Shown here: positions 50,629 to 61,058 of the stretch, piece by piece
Position numbering within the stretch: position 1 is the first letter of the stretch
Layout of the letters: each line of letters starts with the position of its first letter
Assembly: GCA_964019425.1 (NCBI GenBank)
Contig: OZ025783.1
Location: 1,674,001-1,738,000, forward strand
Source of the DNA: Flectonema sp. DT1601
Taxonomy: Eukaryota
Length of the DNA: 64,000 nucleotides
Direction: 5' to 3'
Position numbers and translations under genes: made by a program
The notes under the pieces: model-generated
The model's database searches: none
What the model was told of the DNA's origin: nothing
The model's input: only the letters and a program-made list of their open reading frames with translations

Positions 50629-51633
50629 ATGCCCAGCCCTCTTGTTATTCGAATGAAAATGTTGTTACGGAATCGTGTTGGGGGTATTCTTGTCGCATTA
50701 GTTGCTGTAGCGTTGGTGTCGGTGTTATTTTATGTGCCTTCTGTCAGGGCAATGACAGATTCTTACGAAAATACCAGCAGCAGTAAAAGAGAACAACTGC
50801 GGTTGTTGAGAAGGGCATTGAAAGAAAATATGGAGGAATACCTAGGGAAGGGTGTCGGGAGTACCTTTATTCCTGACGGGAAGGTCGCAACTCTCACAAA
50901 AGTCAGCGCAGAGGTTTACACGGATCACGTTATGAGCAGCAGGCCATTCATAATAAGTAATCCAGATCTGTACAAGTGTACGAAGACAAAGTGGACTCTT
51001 GATTTCATAGATGAACAAGCCGGAGATGACGTTGTCGGTATTGAAACATCTAAAAATAATCGTTTTTACAGCAATGAGGGGCTCGTAAAAGCACGGATGT
51101 CTGTTAGTGAATTTCTTAAAACATTTCGAAACAAAGACAGGAAGCGAGATTTCTATCTTGCTGAGGAATCTATGAAGCAATTTCCTCGGTTAGAAGAAGA
51201 CGTTGCTGAGCCTTCATATTCGTCAGCGTACAGCCTCGATAAGACTCAACTGTGGATTGGCGCCGGCGGTCAAGTGTCTCCTTTACATCACGACCAGTGG
51301 GATAACGTTTTGTGTCAGATTGAGGGAAATAGAACAGTTACTTTGTTCGATCCTCTCCAGTCTGATTATTTATATCCGAAAACTGGTATCAATCGACACT
51401 TTTCTCAACTTGATCCTTCTAAACCCGATTTCTCAAGATTCCCGAATTTTAGGAATGCGAAATCGTTCTCTGCTACCTTACGAGCAGGTCAGCAACTCTT
51501 TATTCCAGCTGGTTGGTGGCATCAAGTTCACCACCAAGCATCAGTGAATATTGCGGTTAATTTCTGGTACATGCCAAACATAATGACTGAACTGCTATTG
51601 GATAGCATACTACCTGCTGGGTACAACTACTAG
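50629..51633 (+). CDS. JmjC (cupin-8) 2-oxoglutarate/Fe(II) oxygenase with N-terminal membrane anchor
   Basis: LWIGAGGQVSPLHHDQWDNVLCQIEG, LRAGQQLFIPAGWWHQV, IAVNFWY; HxD...H metal triad intact. Confidence 0.92.
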   Translation: MPSPLVIRMKMLLRNRVGGILVALVAVALVSVLFYVPSVRAMTDSYENTSSSKREQLRLLRRALKENMEEYLGKGVGSTFIPDGKVATLTKVSAEVYTDHVMSSRPFIISNPDLYKCTKTKWTLDFIDEQAGDDVVGIETSKNNRFYSNEGLVKARMSVSEFLKTFRNKDRKRDFYLAEESMKQFPRLEEDVAEPSYSSAYSLDKTQLWIGAGGQVSPLHHDQWDNVLCQIEGNRTVTLFDPLQSDYLYPKTGINRHFSQLDPSKPDFSRFPNFRNAKSFSATLRAGQQLFIPAGWWHQVHHQASVNIAVNFWYMPNIMTELLLDSILPAGYNY

Positions 51634-51880
51634 GAGTGTCGCCTTACCGTAAGCGAAATAATTTAATGACGCCATCCAACGATGGTATTAGTATGTCACT
51701 GTAGTAGTGCGTGAGGAATTTCCAATTTCTCTAAATTGTTTTTCACCCATTTGCTTCATATAATGTTTTATGTGGAAGCAGGATGCGATCAGCTCGTATC
51801 CTCAGAGAAAGGTTTTTTTAATTTTGAAATTCTTGATTTTAATTCCCATAACAGTTTCTAATTAACTCTTCTCAATAATA

Positions 51881-52408
51881 ATGAAGATCACGTCAACTGC
51901 TTCCCGTCCTTCACACAAGTCACACAGTCTTTACAGTCGGCCTTCACGGGGTTGCAATCACAACAACTGGGACAACGTGAGAGCAGCGAGTAGGATGGTA
52001 ACGCTGCGTTGCCGTGTTTGTCAAAAGCAGAAAAGAGTCATTTCGTTTGTCGGCTGGAAGTGCAGAGCGTTCATGTCCGCAGAGGGTTGCGGTGAGTCAG
52101 CTTGCTCTAAGTACCATGTCAATTACAAGAAGCAATGTCTTGAAGAGAGAGTCAAGAATCACGGTGTAGCTGTAATGCACAAGGTCAGAGTAGAACATGT
52201 CAGGTCAACAAACAACTCTTATGACACTGAAACTGATTGCACTCGAGGACTAGATGGGTCTTATTCAGGAAGCGAATGCTGCCCATCGAGTCCTCAGGAA
52301 ACAGGATCTACCTGCTCAAGTGAGCAATCATTGTCTTCAACAAGAGAAACTACTGCTCAGTACTGCAACAATCCGTACAGTTGGACTACTTCATTAATTT
52401 ACGTCTAA
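51881..52408 (+). CDS. Small Cys/His zinc-finger-like protein
   Basis: CNHNNWDNVR...LRCRVCQ...C..F....C....C.KYH...KQCLEERV..HG, then a Ser/Thr-rich tail. Family not named with certainty. Confidence 0.7.
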   Translation: MKITSTASRPSHKSHSLYSRPSRGCNHNNWDNVRAASRMVTLRCRVCQKQKRVISFVGWKCRAFMSAEGCGESACSKYHVNYKKQCLEERVKNHGVAVMHKVRVEHVRSTNNSYDTETDCTRGLDGSYSGSECCPSSPQETGSTCSSEQSLSSTRETTAQYCNNPYSWTTSLIYV

Positions 52409-53775
52409 TAACCTGTAAAGCTCAGTTGAAGGCTCCCACGGGTGAGATCTTTCAGTTCGTTCACATGGTTATGTACTCCCGCATTCATTTAAACTCAATC
52501 ATCACTTAGCATTCCAATTCCCGATCTTGTGCTTCAATCCTGGGCGAGAATTAGGGATCTTGGAATTGCTTTTCTTATTTCTATGTTTTCTTATTTCTTT
52601 CCTGTACTTCTACAATTGGAATACCGTGCGGATACCCTCCAACCGGACCTTGCTCCTCATGGCCGTCACTTTAGTGTCGGTAACCAGATACTTTCCCCTA
52701 AATCTGGGCCATAAGGATGAGTTGAAGGTAAATCTACGAGGAGCCACGGTTTCTTGTTTTCTTTCCCTGTTTTATTTTGTTATGTTTGTTATCAATAGTT
52801 ATCAATAATCGCTTGCGGGGTTGATTCGGTACACAGATATCTTTGTGAGCAGTCTGTTTACAATTCTGGACCCGCTTCCGTATGTCTTCCCAACACAACT
52901 TATATTTTTTGTTCTTGAGATATGATATTTGATATTGCTTCACATATTCTTTCCTCTGTGGTTGAGACCTAACCGCAAACATAAAGAGGATCGCATTCTT
53001 ATTTCCTCTCAAATGCAGTGGAACTGAAACAACGGTTCAGATGTCGATATTGCATCACGAGGGTGTTTTAGTTCTCAAGAGAAGCTGTAATAATATGGAT
53101 TCTACCTCGCGTGGTTATATTTATGTAGTAGTCGGTTGATTGCATTTGGTGGATTCGTTCACCGCAATTTTGCCTGTGTATTGTCTTTCTCGAAACCTTT
53201 ATATTTTATTATTTTTACTTGACACTTTCCTTTTGCTTACTTTTTTTTGGTTGATATTTCATTTGGTTTTGTTGTTTTCCTCCTCTCAGTTTTACTCTCA
53301 ACGAGTGATCACAGCAACTGGCGGATGATCTACAGTACAATTTGTTTCCATTTTTTAGAATTCTATTCAATAATCCTGCTCGGCTTCAGAGGCAATCGGT
53401 GATGGACAAAAGACTTGCAGTCTTTGACTAGCTCATCCTCTTTGCTCTGATGTTAGCAGAGGATACCAACCGACACTTTAGTCCTGTTAACAGTCAACAG
53501 GTCCGATTTTTATTTATGTTGCAGACCTCAAGCATGAGCATTTACTTTTAGGTCAAGAACTGGTGGACTGATGTGTCGTTGGTGAGACATTTGAACATTA
53601 AATGGTTTAGCAAGTAGATTATTTCTTTGGATCGACTTTCCCTGCAAATATCTTTGTTCCCTTCCCGCACCCATTTATTTATCCAAGTCCCTCCACGAAC
53701 CAGCGTATTCTTGTCATGTTGTTTTTCTTTTCTTTTTTTCTCACCCCGTTACTACCCACCCAGATAATTTATTGG

Positions 53776-53928
53776 GCGTGGTCCCGGGTCAATTTGACTT
53801 GACAGCATTTCTTTCTCTGGTAGTTTATTTAAAGCATGCGATTTTGTGGACAGAATCCAGTTATAATGATTCATGTCTAATTTGTTGCGTGTTAACCCTT
53901 GATTTATTTATCCAAGTCCCCCCCCCCC
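53776..53928 (+). repeat. Dispersed repeat family B, copy 2 (partial third copy of its 3' end at 53673-53691)
   Basis: Near-identical to 15482-15624, 38 kb away, same orientation. Confidence 0.92.
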
Positions 53929-54090
53929 GTACATATTTTTGGTAACATTAAAGGGGTCTGTCAGCCTCAGGTTTTCTGATTTTGACTGGCATTGCAGCAC
54001 GTAATTTTTTCAAACCCTGCACTACTCCAATCACGGCTCAAACTATTTTGACCCATTTTTCAATTTTATTTTTTTTGAAGCCAGAACGGG

Positions 54091-54585
54091 AGCAGTTAAG
54101 ACCTAACTGACTGTCTGAGCTGTTACCCAAGTTTTGTGAGGAATGCCTTGAGGCGCAAATCATCAGCTTGCACTGCTTACGCCTGCCATTTGTACACTGC
54201 CCGTTGTGCCGATTGGCTGAAAAACTTTCGGTAAGCCCCCTTTGACAGGAATGTCTTCATTAATACTTGATTAGGGGTGAACGTCAGTGTTTAGAGTTTT
54301 TGTTTTCTTTTCGTGGTATGGCTGCATTAGACACATGTGTCTATTTTAAGAAAGGCTTTATATCAGTCATTTTATATGAATATTTTATTTATTACTCCAA
54401 TCTCCAATGATGCACCCGTGATCATTTCTTTCTTTTGTTTTCAACCTGTTAGTCTCTGGGAAGGTTGACAGCTGGGTATTGATCCAGTCAAAGCTACAAT
54501 AACACAATCTCTGCGATTGGGTCCTCCACTGCGGTTACCCAGACCCCTCGCAGTCCTGGACTTGCTAACTAACTAACCGACTAAG
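54091..54585 (+). repeat. Dispersed repeat family A, copy 2 (longer, ends in an (ACTA)n-like tail)
   Basis: AGCAGTTAAGAC...AACTGACTGTCT, GGTAAGCCC, GCTGGG.ATTGATCC and ACACAATCTC.GCGATTGGGT blocks are collinear with 56391-56815; tail GCTAACTAACTAACCGACTAA. Confidence 0.7.
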
Positions 54586-56390
54586 AAATTAAATAAATTG
54601 CGTAAGAAACCCTTATGTTGAGACCAGTCAAATTGCCGGACCAGACAGTTGGTACGGAAGATTTGCTTGAGCTGGCTCGCTCACCCTCATTTTCTTTTTG
54701 GTTTGGGTGTCGAGTGTTTCCTTGGTGCTACTGAATAGTTGCATCCCTTTCCTTTCGCTTTTGCTTTCTTCGACTTGACCTAAACCCTCATACGCTACAT
54801 GTAGCCAAGCTGCGTACTATTGAGGATCCAGTTTCCGTTATCAGCAATACGGAATTAGTCGTGAGCTTCTGCGTCATATTCGTTAATTAATCCTCTGCGG
54901 AGCCATTCTTGATAGATGGTAAACACCAATAAAAAGAGAGGGCCTCTGAAGTGCTTTGTGCGGTGATCATGTTGCTCACAAATAACTAGTGAGGCCTTCT
55001 TAGTTTTACAACGTAGCTTTTTAATCTAAGAGAGCCAAAACATTCAATTAATTACTGACAACATCGCAAAATATATATACGACGGTTCTAACCAAAGCAA
55101 TCAAAACATGATCTACATCCTTTTGTTGACGTTATTACTTTCGAGAACTCTAATATAAATCATCACGCACTCTTCAGCATTTTTTTGTGATCGATTTCGT
55201 ACTACTAAAATATCAATTCTACATTTCAATTCTACATTTATTTTTCGTTAGACTGACGCTGTGATTCTGTCAATCTCAATATTCCTGAAGACGGAGCAAA
55301 GAGAATTTCAGATCTGTGTCGAGCCGTGCGGCTATTTTTTTAAGGCCGCTTCGTAATATTTCCAATCGACAATTAGATTTCAAAACTGTTCAAATCTTTC
55401 TATCACAGTAGCGAATTGTTTACAGGCCATGTTCTATTACCCAACGAATGTCAACCATAAATACAATATCAACAATAGCAAGAACTTGACGTTTTCAGCG
55501 CGGAAGCTGAGTCGCTGTCGGTGTCGCGAGGCAATCATGAAATTAATGTTCAGGAAAAGTAAAATGCAACAAAAAGCAATATGAAACAAAAGCTCGTCAC
55601 ATTACCACTCACTGCGACTTATATTCGACACTCTCCCCTGGTAAGTGACTGCTTTGTTTACTTTTTATAGTTTTGTTATTTTTCACACCTGTCTTACTGA
55701 TTCTCATACCCTTCCAATATTCAACTACTACTCTTGCTGAAAACTTTAATTGTTCACCGTAACTCGTCTCTAACAACGATTCGGAGAACAATCGTAACGG
55801 ATTCATTTGCAAGAACACGGAAAACTTTTTCCTGCACGTCTGCAAAGTTGTGCAAATAACTACGAGTCGAATTCTTATCTGAACATGTTGTTTTGCCGCG
55901 AAGAGTGGTCTGGATCGAGTAGGTTGAGAATGTTTGCTGCGATCATTTATGAATCCTTTGTGAACATCGGGATCGAATATCCCACCGTGCTAACAATGCG
56001 CTATCAGTGCATTCCGTTGCAAAAACTCAAACTATTTGTCGTTCGTAGATCACTCGCCACGAATATAATAATATGTAGGTTGGATTAGTTCTTTGTATGT
56101 TTCTTTATTAATTCCCTTTCCTATTACTTATATTTTATTCTACACATATTGTCTTTCTTTCTCAATCCTTCACTCGATGGTTCGCGCTTAGAGCAAGATA
56201 ATAACGATAAGTAGTCTCCGGACCACTACCGTGACTATTCTTGATTCATGTGTTGGGGGCAGTTATTGGGGTGAGTTCCGTGCATGTCAAAAGTACATAG
56301 TAAAATATTATTTATTTTAGTGCATTTCTCGGAACAACGTCAATAAGGTTCCTAAGCGAATTTTATCGTCCGATCAAAAATACAGTCTGA

Positions 56391-56815
56391 AGCAGTTAAG
56401 ACTTAAAACTGACTGTCTCTCCCTACAGATTGGAATAGTTATTCGTGTTGCCAAAACCTTATGGTATATCTTTTAAAGCCTTTGGTAAGCCTTACACTAT
56501 TGGCAACGACCGTTGTGTCCCGATTTTTTTTATTTTGGGCGGCATTTGGCACACGTGACTATTGCATGAAGGAGGTGGAATGGAAAAGATATTTTATTTA
56601 TTACCCTACGATCATTTTGATTTTGATTTTTGTATATCGCAAGGTTTTTACTGTTTTTACATTGTCAAAGCTTTCCCTTCATCATTTCTTTTTTTTTTCT
56701 TCTACTTGTGTTTCTGCTGGGAATTGATCCTCTCAGCTGAACCTATAAAAACACAATCTCGCGATTGGGTTCTCTACTGGTGCGGGCTATGCCCGCAGTC
56801 ATCAGTTCTGGACTT
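56391..56815 (+). repeat. Dispersed repeat family A, copy 3
   Basis: Collinear blocks shared with 54091-54562 and 10750-10845. Confidence 0.7.
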
Positions 56816-58360
56816 AGAGCCAGATGATCTGCGATTCCGTCTTTCTTCCTTTTGTAATTTATTGGAGGAAGAAGAATAATTACATTGCTCTTCTGAAGTC
56901 CGTATCTTTTACTAACTTACGACAATATTAACGTTCGTGCGTTCACTTTGCTAATCCCACAGAGTTCTTTTCATTGCTCTGAGGGAAACCTTCACAATAA
57001 ATGAATTCTTTCCAAATTAACCCGAAAAAAGAAAACCGAGTTAATTATCTCAAACAATAAATATCAATATCAAGTACTAACATAGTAGCAACAACGCAAA
57101 AAGAAGTTACATCTCGTAACTCCCTGTCCCTTCAATTCAAACTGCAAGGAAGCCCACGCAATTATCAGTTGCTTCCATTCAGAGATTCTTGTGCGTTTTG
57201 TGGAACCAAGGATTAAGAAAGCTTTTCTTTGCCCTACACTGTCTTAATCCTATCTGCATTCTGGAATGCATCTCGAAATGGAAGCTTTTGAAGTGCTAAT
57301 GCTGTTTGCGCCGTTTGAATCTGAAAACCTGTACACAAGGTGGGATTGATAAAAATCTCGTGGCAAAACAAGTTTCTTTATAATACACTTGGCTGCTGAT
57401 CACTATCTAACCTTAGACATGTTGACAATCTTTAATACTGCATTATCCCCTCTTCATTTTCCTAAAACACCTGCTTACTTGTAGAAAAGTTAGCTGTCAT
57501 TCGGGCTGCTCTCTTGTAAAAACACGAGGAAGCATTATTTCCGTTATAATTTCTTTTGGACAAGGTTCCTATTATTTGTTAGTATCCTGAATTATTGTGA
57601 GTAAGTTGCCTGTACCACTCTCCACTCTTGCTCCAAGCAAGGTGAGGCAGCAGTTTAGTCACGTAAAGACAATCCCGAGTTAACTTATCTAACAACCTGA
57701 CCAACTACTTCTTTCTGCAATTTGCTATTCTTTATTCTTTTCGGGTCATACTTGCATAGATTCGATTTGAGCTATTTAAAATACAAACTCTTTCCTGTCT
57801 AGAGCATACGCTTGCTCGATACGCGATCTTCAGTACCGATCCACGGTGCGAAAGCATGGCCTAACGATCCTTTGGTCTCGCTTCGTATTAAAGAATAGTT
57901 GATCGGTGCGGAGAAGGGTTGGCGAGGTGTTGTTTTGTTTGACGGTCGATTTCTTGTCTGAATTCGTTTCTCGATATTTCATAAGATCACGCCTTTTTTT
58001 CATGTGTTTAAAAAAAATAAAAAAATAAAATTAAACTTTTCTCTCGATATTTCATAAGAAGAATATTCCGTTGTTGTTTTATGGCGACCTTTTTTTTCAC
58101 TCGCCTGTGCGACGGTTAAATTCAAAGTCTTGCTTTCCCAAGGAATCTATTTTTTATTTATTCCTAATGAATGAATCCTTTTGTTTGAGAATGGTATAGT
58201 GCTGAAACTGTGGAGTTATGTGTAGTTGTAAAGGGAATCGAAGCAAGTATTCAAAACATGCTTCCTGTATCCATAGCACCTTACCTTCAGAAAAACAACT
58301 ACATTTGTACAAATAGTCCTCTAAACTCCGTTCGAGTAACTCTTGCTTACGAACAAACTA

Positions 58361-58412
58361 ACTAGCTCCCTGTGTGGAATATAAATGCTCATCATGGAGC
58401 CTTTGAAACCGC
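58361..58412 (+). repeat. 52-bp perfect direct repeat, copy 1
   Basis: ACTAGCTCCCTGTGTGGAATATAAATGCTCATCATGGAGCCTTTGAAACCGC, identical to 61059-61110. Confidence 0.97.
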
Positions 58413-60797
58413 TACTCTACTTGCAATTGCAGTACTCAAGAACTGAATAGTTTAAAATACAACGGCCATTCTTGCGGACTCGCTATTGATTTACCAGTCT
58501 CAGAAGAACTAAGAGACTTCTTCGCACGAGGTCAAAAATTTAGAGTCCCAGTGCACCCATCAGCTGCATTAGAATCACTTGAAAATGATATTACTGAATA
58601 TATAACTCACGCATACAAGAACGTTGGCGATAACTTTAAATCGATCTTTAAAAACACAATTCTTAAACAATTGCAGCTTAAATTAAGTAAAGACTTAAGC
58701 TTTCTTGACTCACCATTATCAAATAAAGCATGGACTGAACTTCAGAATCTTCAATCTCAGTTTGTGTTTCTTAAAGTTGACAAAGGACAGCACGATATTG
58801 GTTACATGTGTAAAATAAATTATTTGCTTTTACTTCGAGAGCAGCTACAAAGTGATTCTTATGAACGCATCACATCAGACGAACCAACTCTACTAGCCAA
58901 CCTCAAGAACATGAACATTTCAATCAATGCCCGCCACTCTGATCGACTCCCACACCTATATGGAATGATTAAATTACACAAATCAGCTATCGGGATGAGA
59001 TGGATTACTGGTGTCTCATCCTTCACGGGTACAGCAGAACAACGACAATACGATAAGGATCATAATCTTGCACCTGCAACAGCAACAACATATGCGCACC
59101 AACATCTCTCTAGTATCCTTAAAAATGCGATGACTATATTGAAAGAGAAAGATATGCATTCACGGTTCAAACGATACTGGATTGTGGAATCAGATGATGA
59201 AGTCTCTAGTTCGATTAAACAGAATTTGATGGTTTTGAAAAAATTATCCCCTAAGACTTTTGATTTTACAACAATGTACACCCGCCTACCACACAACGCT
59301 ATTAAAACTAAAGTAAGTGAAGCACTGCAAGAAGCCTTTAGTTTCAAAAATATCTTACGTCTTGAATCGAGTGACCCTACACGATTCCCTTCTCTTGCGC
59401 TTGCAGAATGTCAAAAATTACTTGAATTCTGTATTGACTCCTCCTTTATTGCATTAAGAGGTTATATTTGGAGACAAACAATAGGCATTCCAATGGGTGG
59501 CAACGCCAGTAGCGATATAGCAAATCTCTACTGCTATAGAGTTGAATCCGCATATATCGATTCTTTAATTGAAGCAAAAAATCTAGACTTAGCTCGGCAA
59601 CATGACCACTCGTGTAGATACATCGACGACTTCCTCACCTGGAGTTGCGACCCTCCACCAGCAAGTCTATACTCAATGGATTACACTGATACTTCGAATA
59701 ATATTGATGATGTCTCTTATATAGGAATTCGTATCCGAATAGAGATCACTAACACAAATAAACGATGGATTCGTTTAAGTGTTAATGACAAAGCCAGGGG
59801 TTGGCATATTACGCCAACAAGGTTTACTCATCAGCATTCCGCAGCTCAAGAATCAATGGGTTCAGGTATCTTTACCACCATGATCTTACGAGCTCTAAAA
59901 ATCTGCAACAACCAGGCAGACTTTTTACAGGAACTTGAAGCGGTAACTTATAGATTACTCAACCGGGGCTATAAATCTGACAATATCAGAGCAGCATGCC
60001 TCCGCTTCATTAGCTCTCACATTGATGATGGTAATACAGCAGCTGCAATGCGTCGACGTATCAACCTTACTTTTGAGAAGTTTAGTCACAAAGTCCCATT
60101 AAGCATCGAAAAGGATACAATTAACCACACAGGCTCTACAAGCCATTCCTTGGATAAACGATTTCCACCATCCCTACATCAAACATCAGGAGAAGGTCTT
60201 CTCGGTGGAGAATGCGGATGGGCAGCGCTCAACTTCATTGCAGATCATTTATATATCGATAGAATTAACTTCAGTTTTCTGCAAAACTACCAACAGCGAT
60301 TTTATGAAGAATCTCTTAAAGTAGAACCGAACAACTCAGAGCATAAACCATCACCAGATGGTTGGTTCTCGCTACAAGTACTTAACATGGCTTGCATGAC
60401 TAAATTCAACAGAAGAATCGAGTACTTCGTTAACCCAGCAGATTTCGATTATCCTGAAGCAGCCGCAGCACTTATTCTACATAAAGCGAAAACAAGGATG
60501 ACTCACTTTATTGTTGCGCTAGTCTCATTTGAGTCCATGATCATCCGAGACATTCTTAAAGGCACAAAAGATTTAAGACTCCCTTTCGATCATTTTGACA
60601 AGATGTACCGAACTACAGAGTATAGTTTCCATATGATACCATTAAAAGCTCAGACTGATATGGATGTTACGATGACACCAGCGAATATAGGACCTTTGAT
60701 GATATGCGAAGATAAAGTAAAACGCAAATTGGATGACGACTCATCCATTAACTCGACTGTAATAGTGAAACGATCAGACGTCAAAAATTCAAATTGA
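58407..60797 (+). CDS. PLE reverse transcriptase fused to a C-terminal Josephin-like cysteine protease; open frame starts at 58407 with no ATG until 58806
   Basis: RT motifs VDKG, LPHLYGMIKLHK...MRWI, TFDFTTMYTRLPH (Asp at 59262), QTIGIPMGGNASSDIANLY, RYIDD (59616-59630), SYIGI, and thumb ending LLNRGY. Protease-like region 60171-60641. Confidence 0.88.
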   Translation, partial: NRYSTCNCSTQELNSLKYNGHSCGLAIDLPVSEELRDFFARGQKFRVPVHPSAALESLENDITEYITHAYKNVGDNFKSIFKNTILKQLQLKLSKDLSFLDSPLSNKAWTELQNLQSQFVFLKVDKGQHDIGYMCKINYLLLLREQLQSDSYERITSDEPTLLANLKNMNISINARHSDRLPHLYGMIKLHKSAIGMRWITGVSSFTGTAEQRQYDKDHNLAPATATTYAHQHLSSILKNAMTILKEKDMHSRFKRYWIVESDDEVSSSIKQNLMVLKKLSPKTFDFTTMYTRLPHNAIKTKVSEALQEAFSFKNILRLESSDPTRFPSLALAECQKLLEFCIDSSFIALRGYIWRQTIGIPMGGNASSDIANLYCYRVESAYIDSLIEAKNLDLARQHDHSCRYIDDFLTWSCDPPPASLYSMDYTDTSNNIDDVSYIGIRIRIEITNTNKRWIRLSVNDKARGWHITPTRFTHQHSAAQESMGSGIFTTMILRALKICNNQADFLQELEAVTYRLLNRGYKSDNIRAACLRFISSHIDDGNTAAAMRRRINLTFEKFSHKVPLSIEKDTINHTGSTSHSLDKRFPPSLHQTSGEGLLGGECGWAALNFIADHLYIDRINFSFLQNYQQRFYEESLKVEPNNSEHKPSPDGWFSLQVLNMACMTKFNRRIEYFVNPADFDYPEAAAALILHKAKTRMTHFIVALVSFESMIIRDILKGTKDLRLPFDHFDKMYRTTEYSFHMIPLKAQTDMDVTMTPANIGPLMICEDKVKRKLDDDSSINSTVIVKRSDVKNSN

Positions 60798-60876
60798 GCA
60801 AAAGCAAATAAACATTGCTAGCCCTATCCTGGCGAGCTCCGATGGATTTTTATCTTTGAACGATAGCAACTTCAAC

Positions 60877-60963
60877 ATAGAATGAAGTCCCTTAGAACTT
60901 ACTGATGAAGGCCTAAAAAGGGACAAGTAGTATAAGATTAAGGCCTGAAACTACATATTCTAT
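60877..60963 (+). ncRNA. Putative hammerhead ribozyme with rearranged (non-circularly permuted) strand order
   Basis: CUGAUGA 60902-60908; stem II AGGCCU 60909-60914/60941-60946; GAAA 60947-60950; stem III CUAC 60951-60954/GUAG 60927-60930; UA at 60931-60932; stem I CUUA 60898-60901/UAAG 60933-60936; extra helices 60887-60893/60918-60924 and 60877-60883/60957-60963. Confidence 0.7.
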
Positions 60964-61058
60964 TACCCTTTGATGTTAGGAAACTGCAGAAATGAATACT
61001 TTTCTTTTATTGATCTCTACTTTTCTTATTCTCACTTTTCTGTTCTAAAATTAATGAT

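Noticed and set aside
58404..58406. In-frame TGA ahead of the RT as a possible selenocysteine codon (some Naiad PLEs encode selenoproteins)
   Set aside because: Single TGA lying inside the 52-bp repeat, not at an evident conserved Cys, and I found no convincing SECIS downstream of the ORF.
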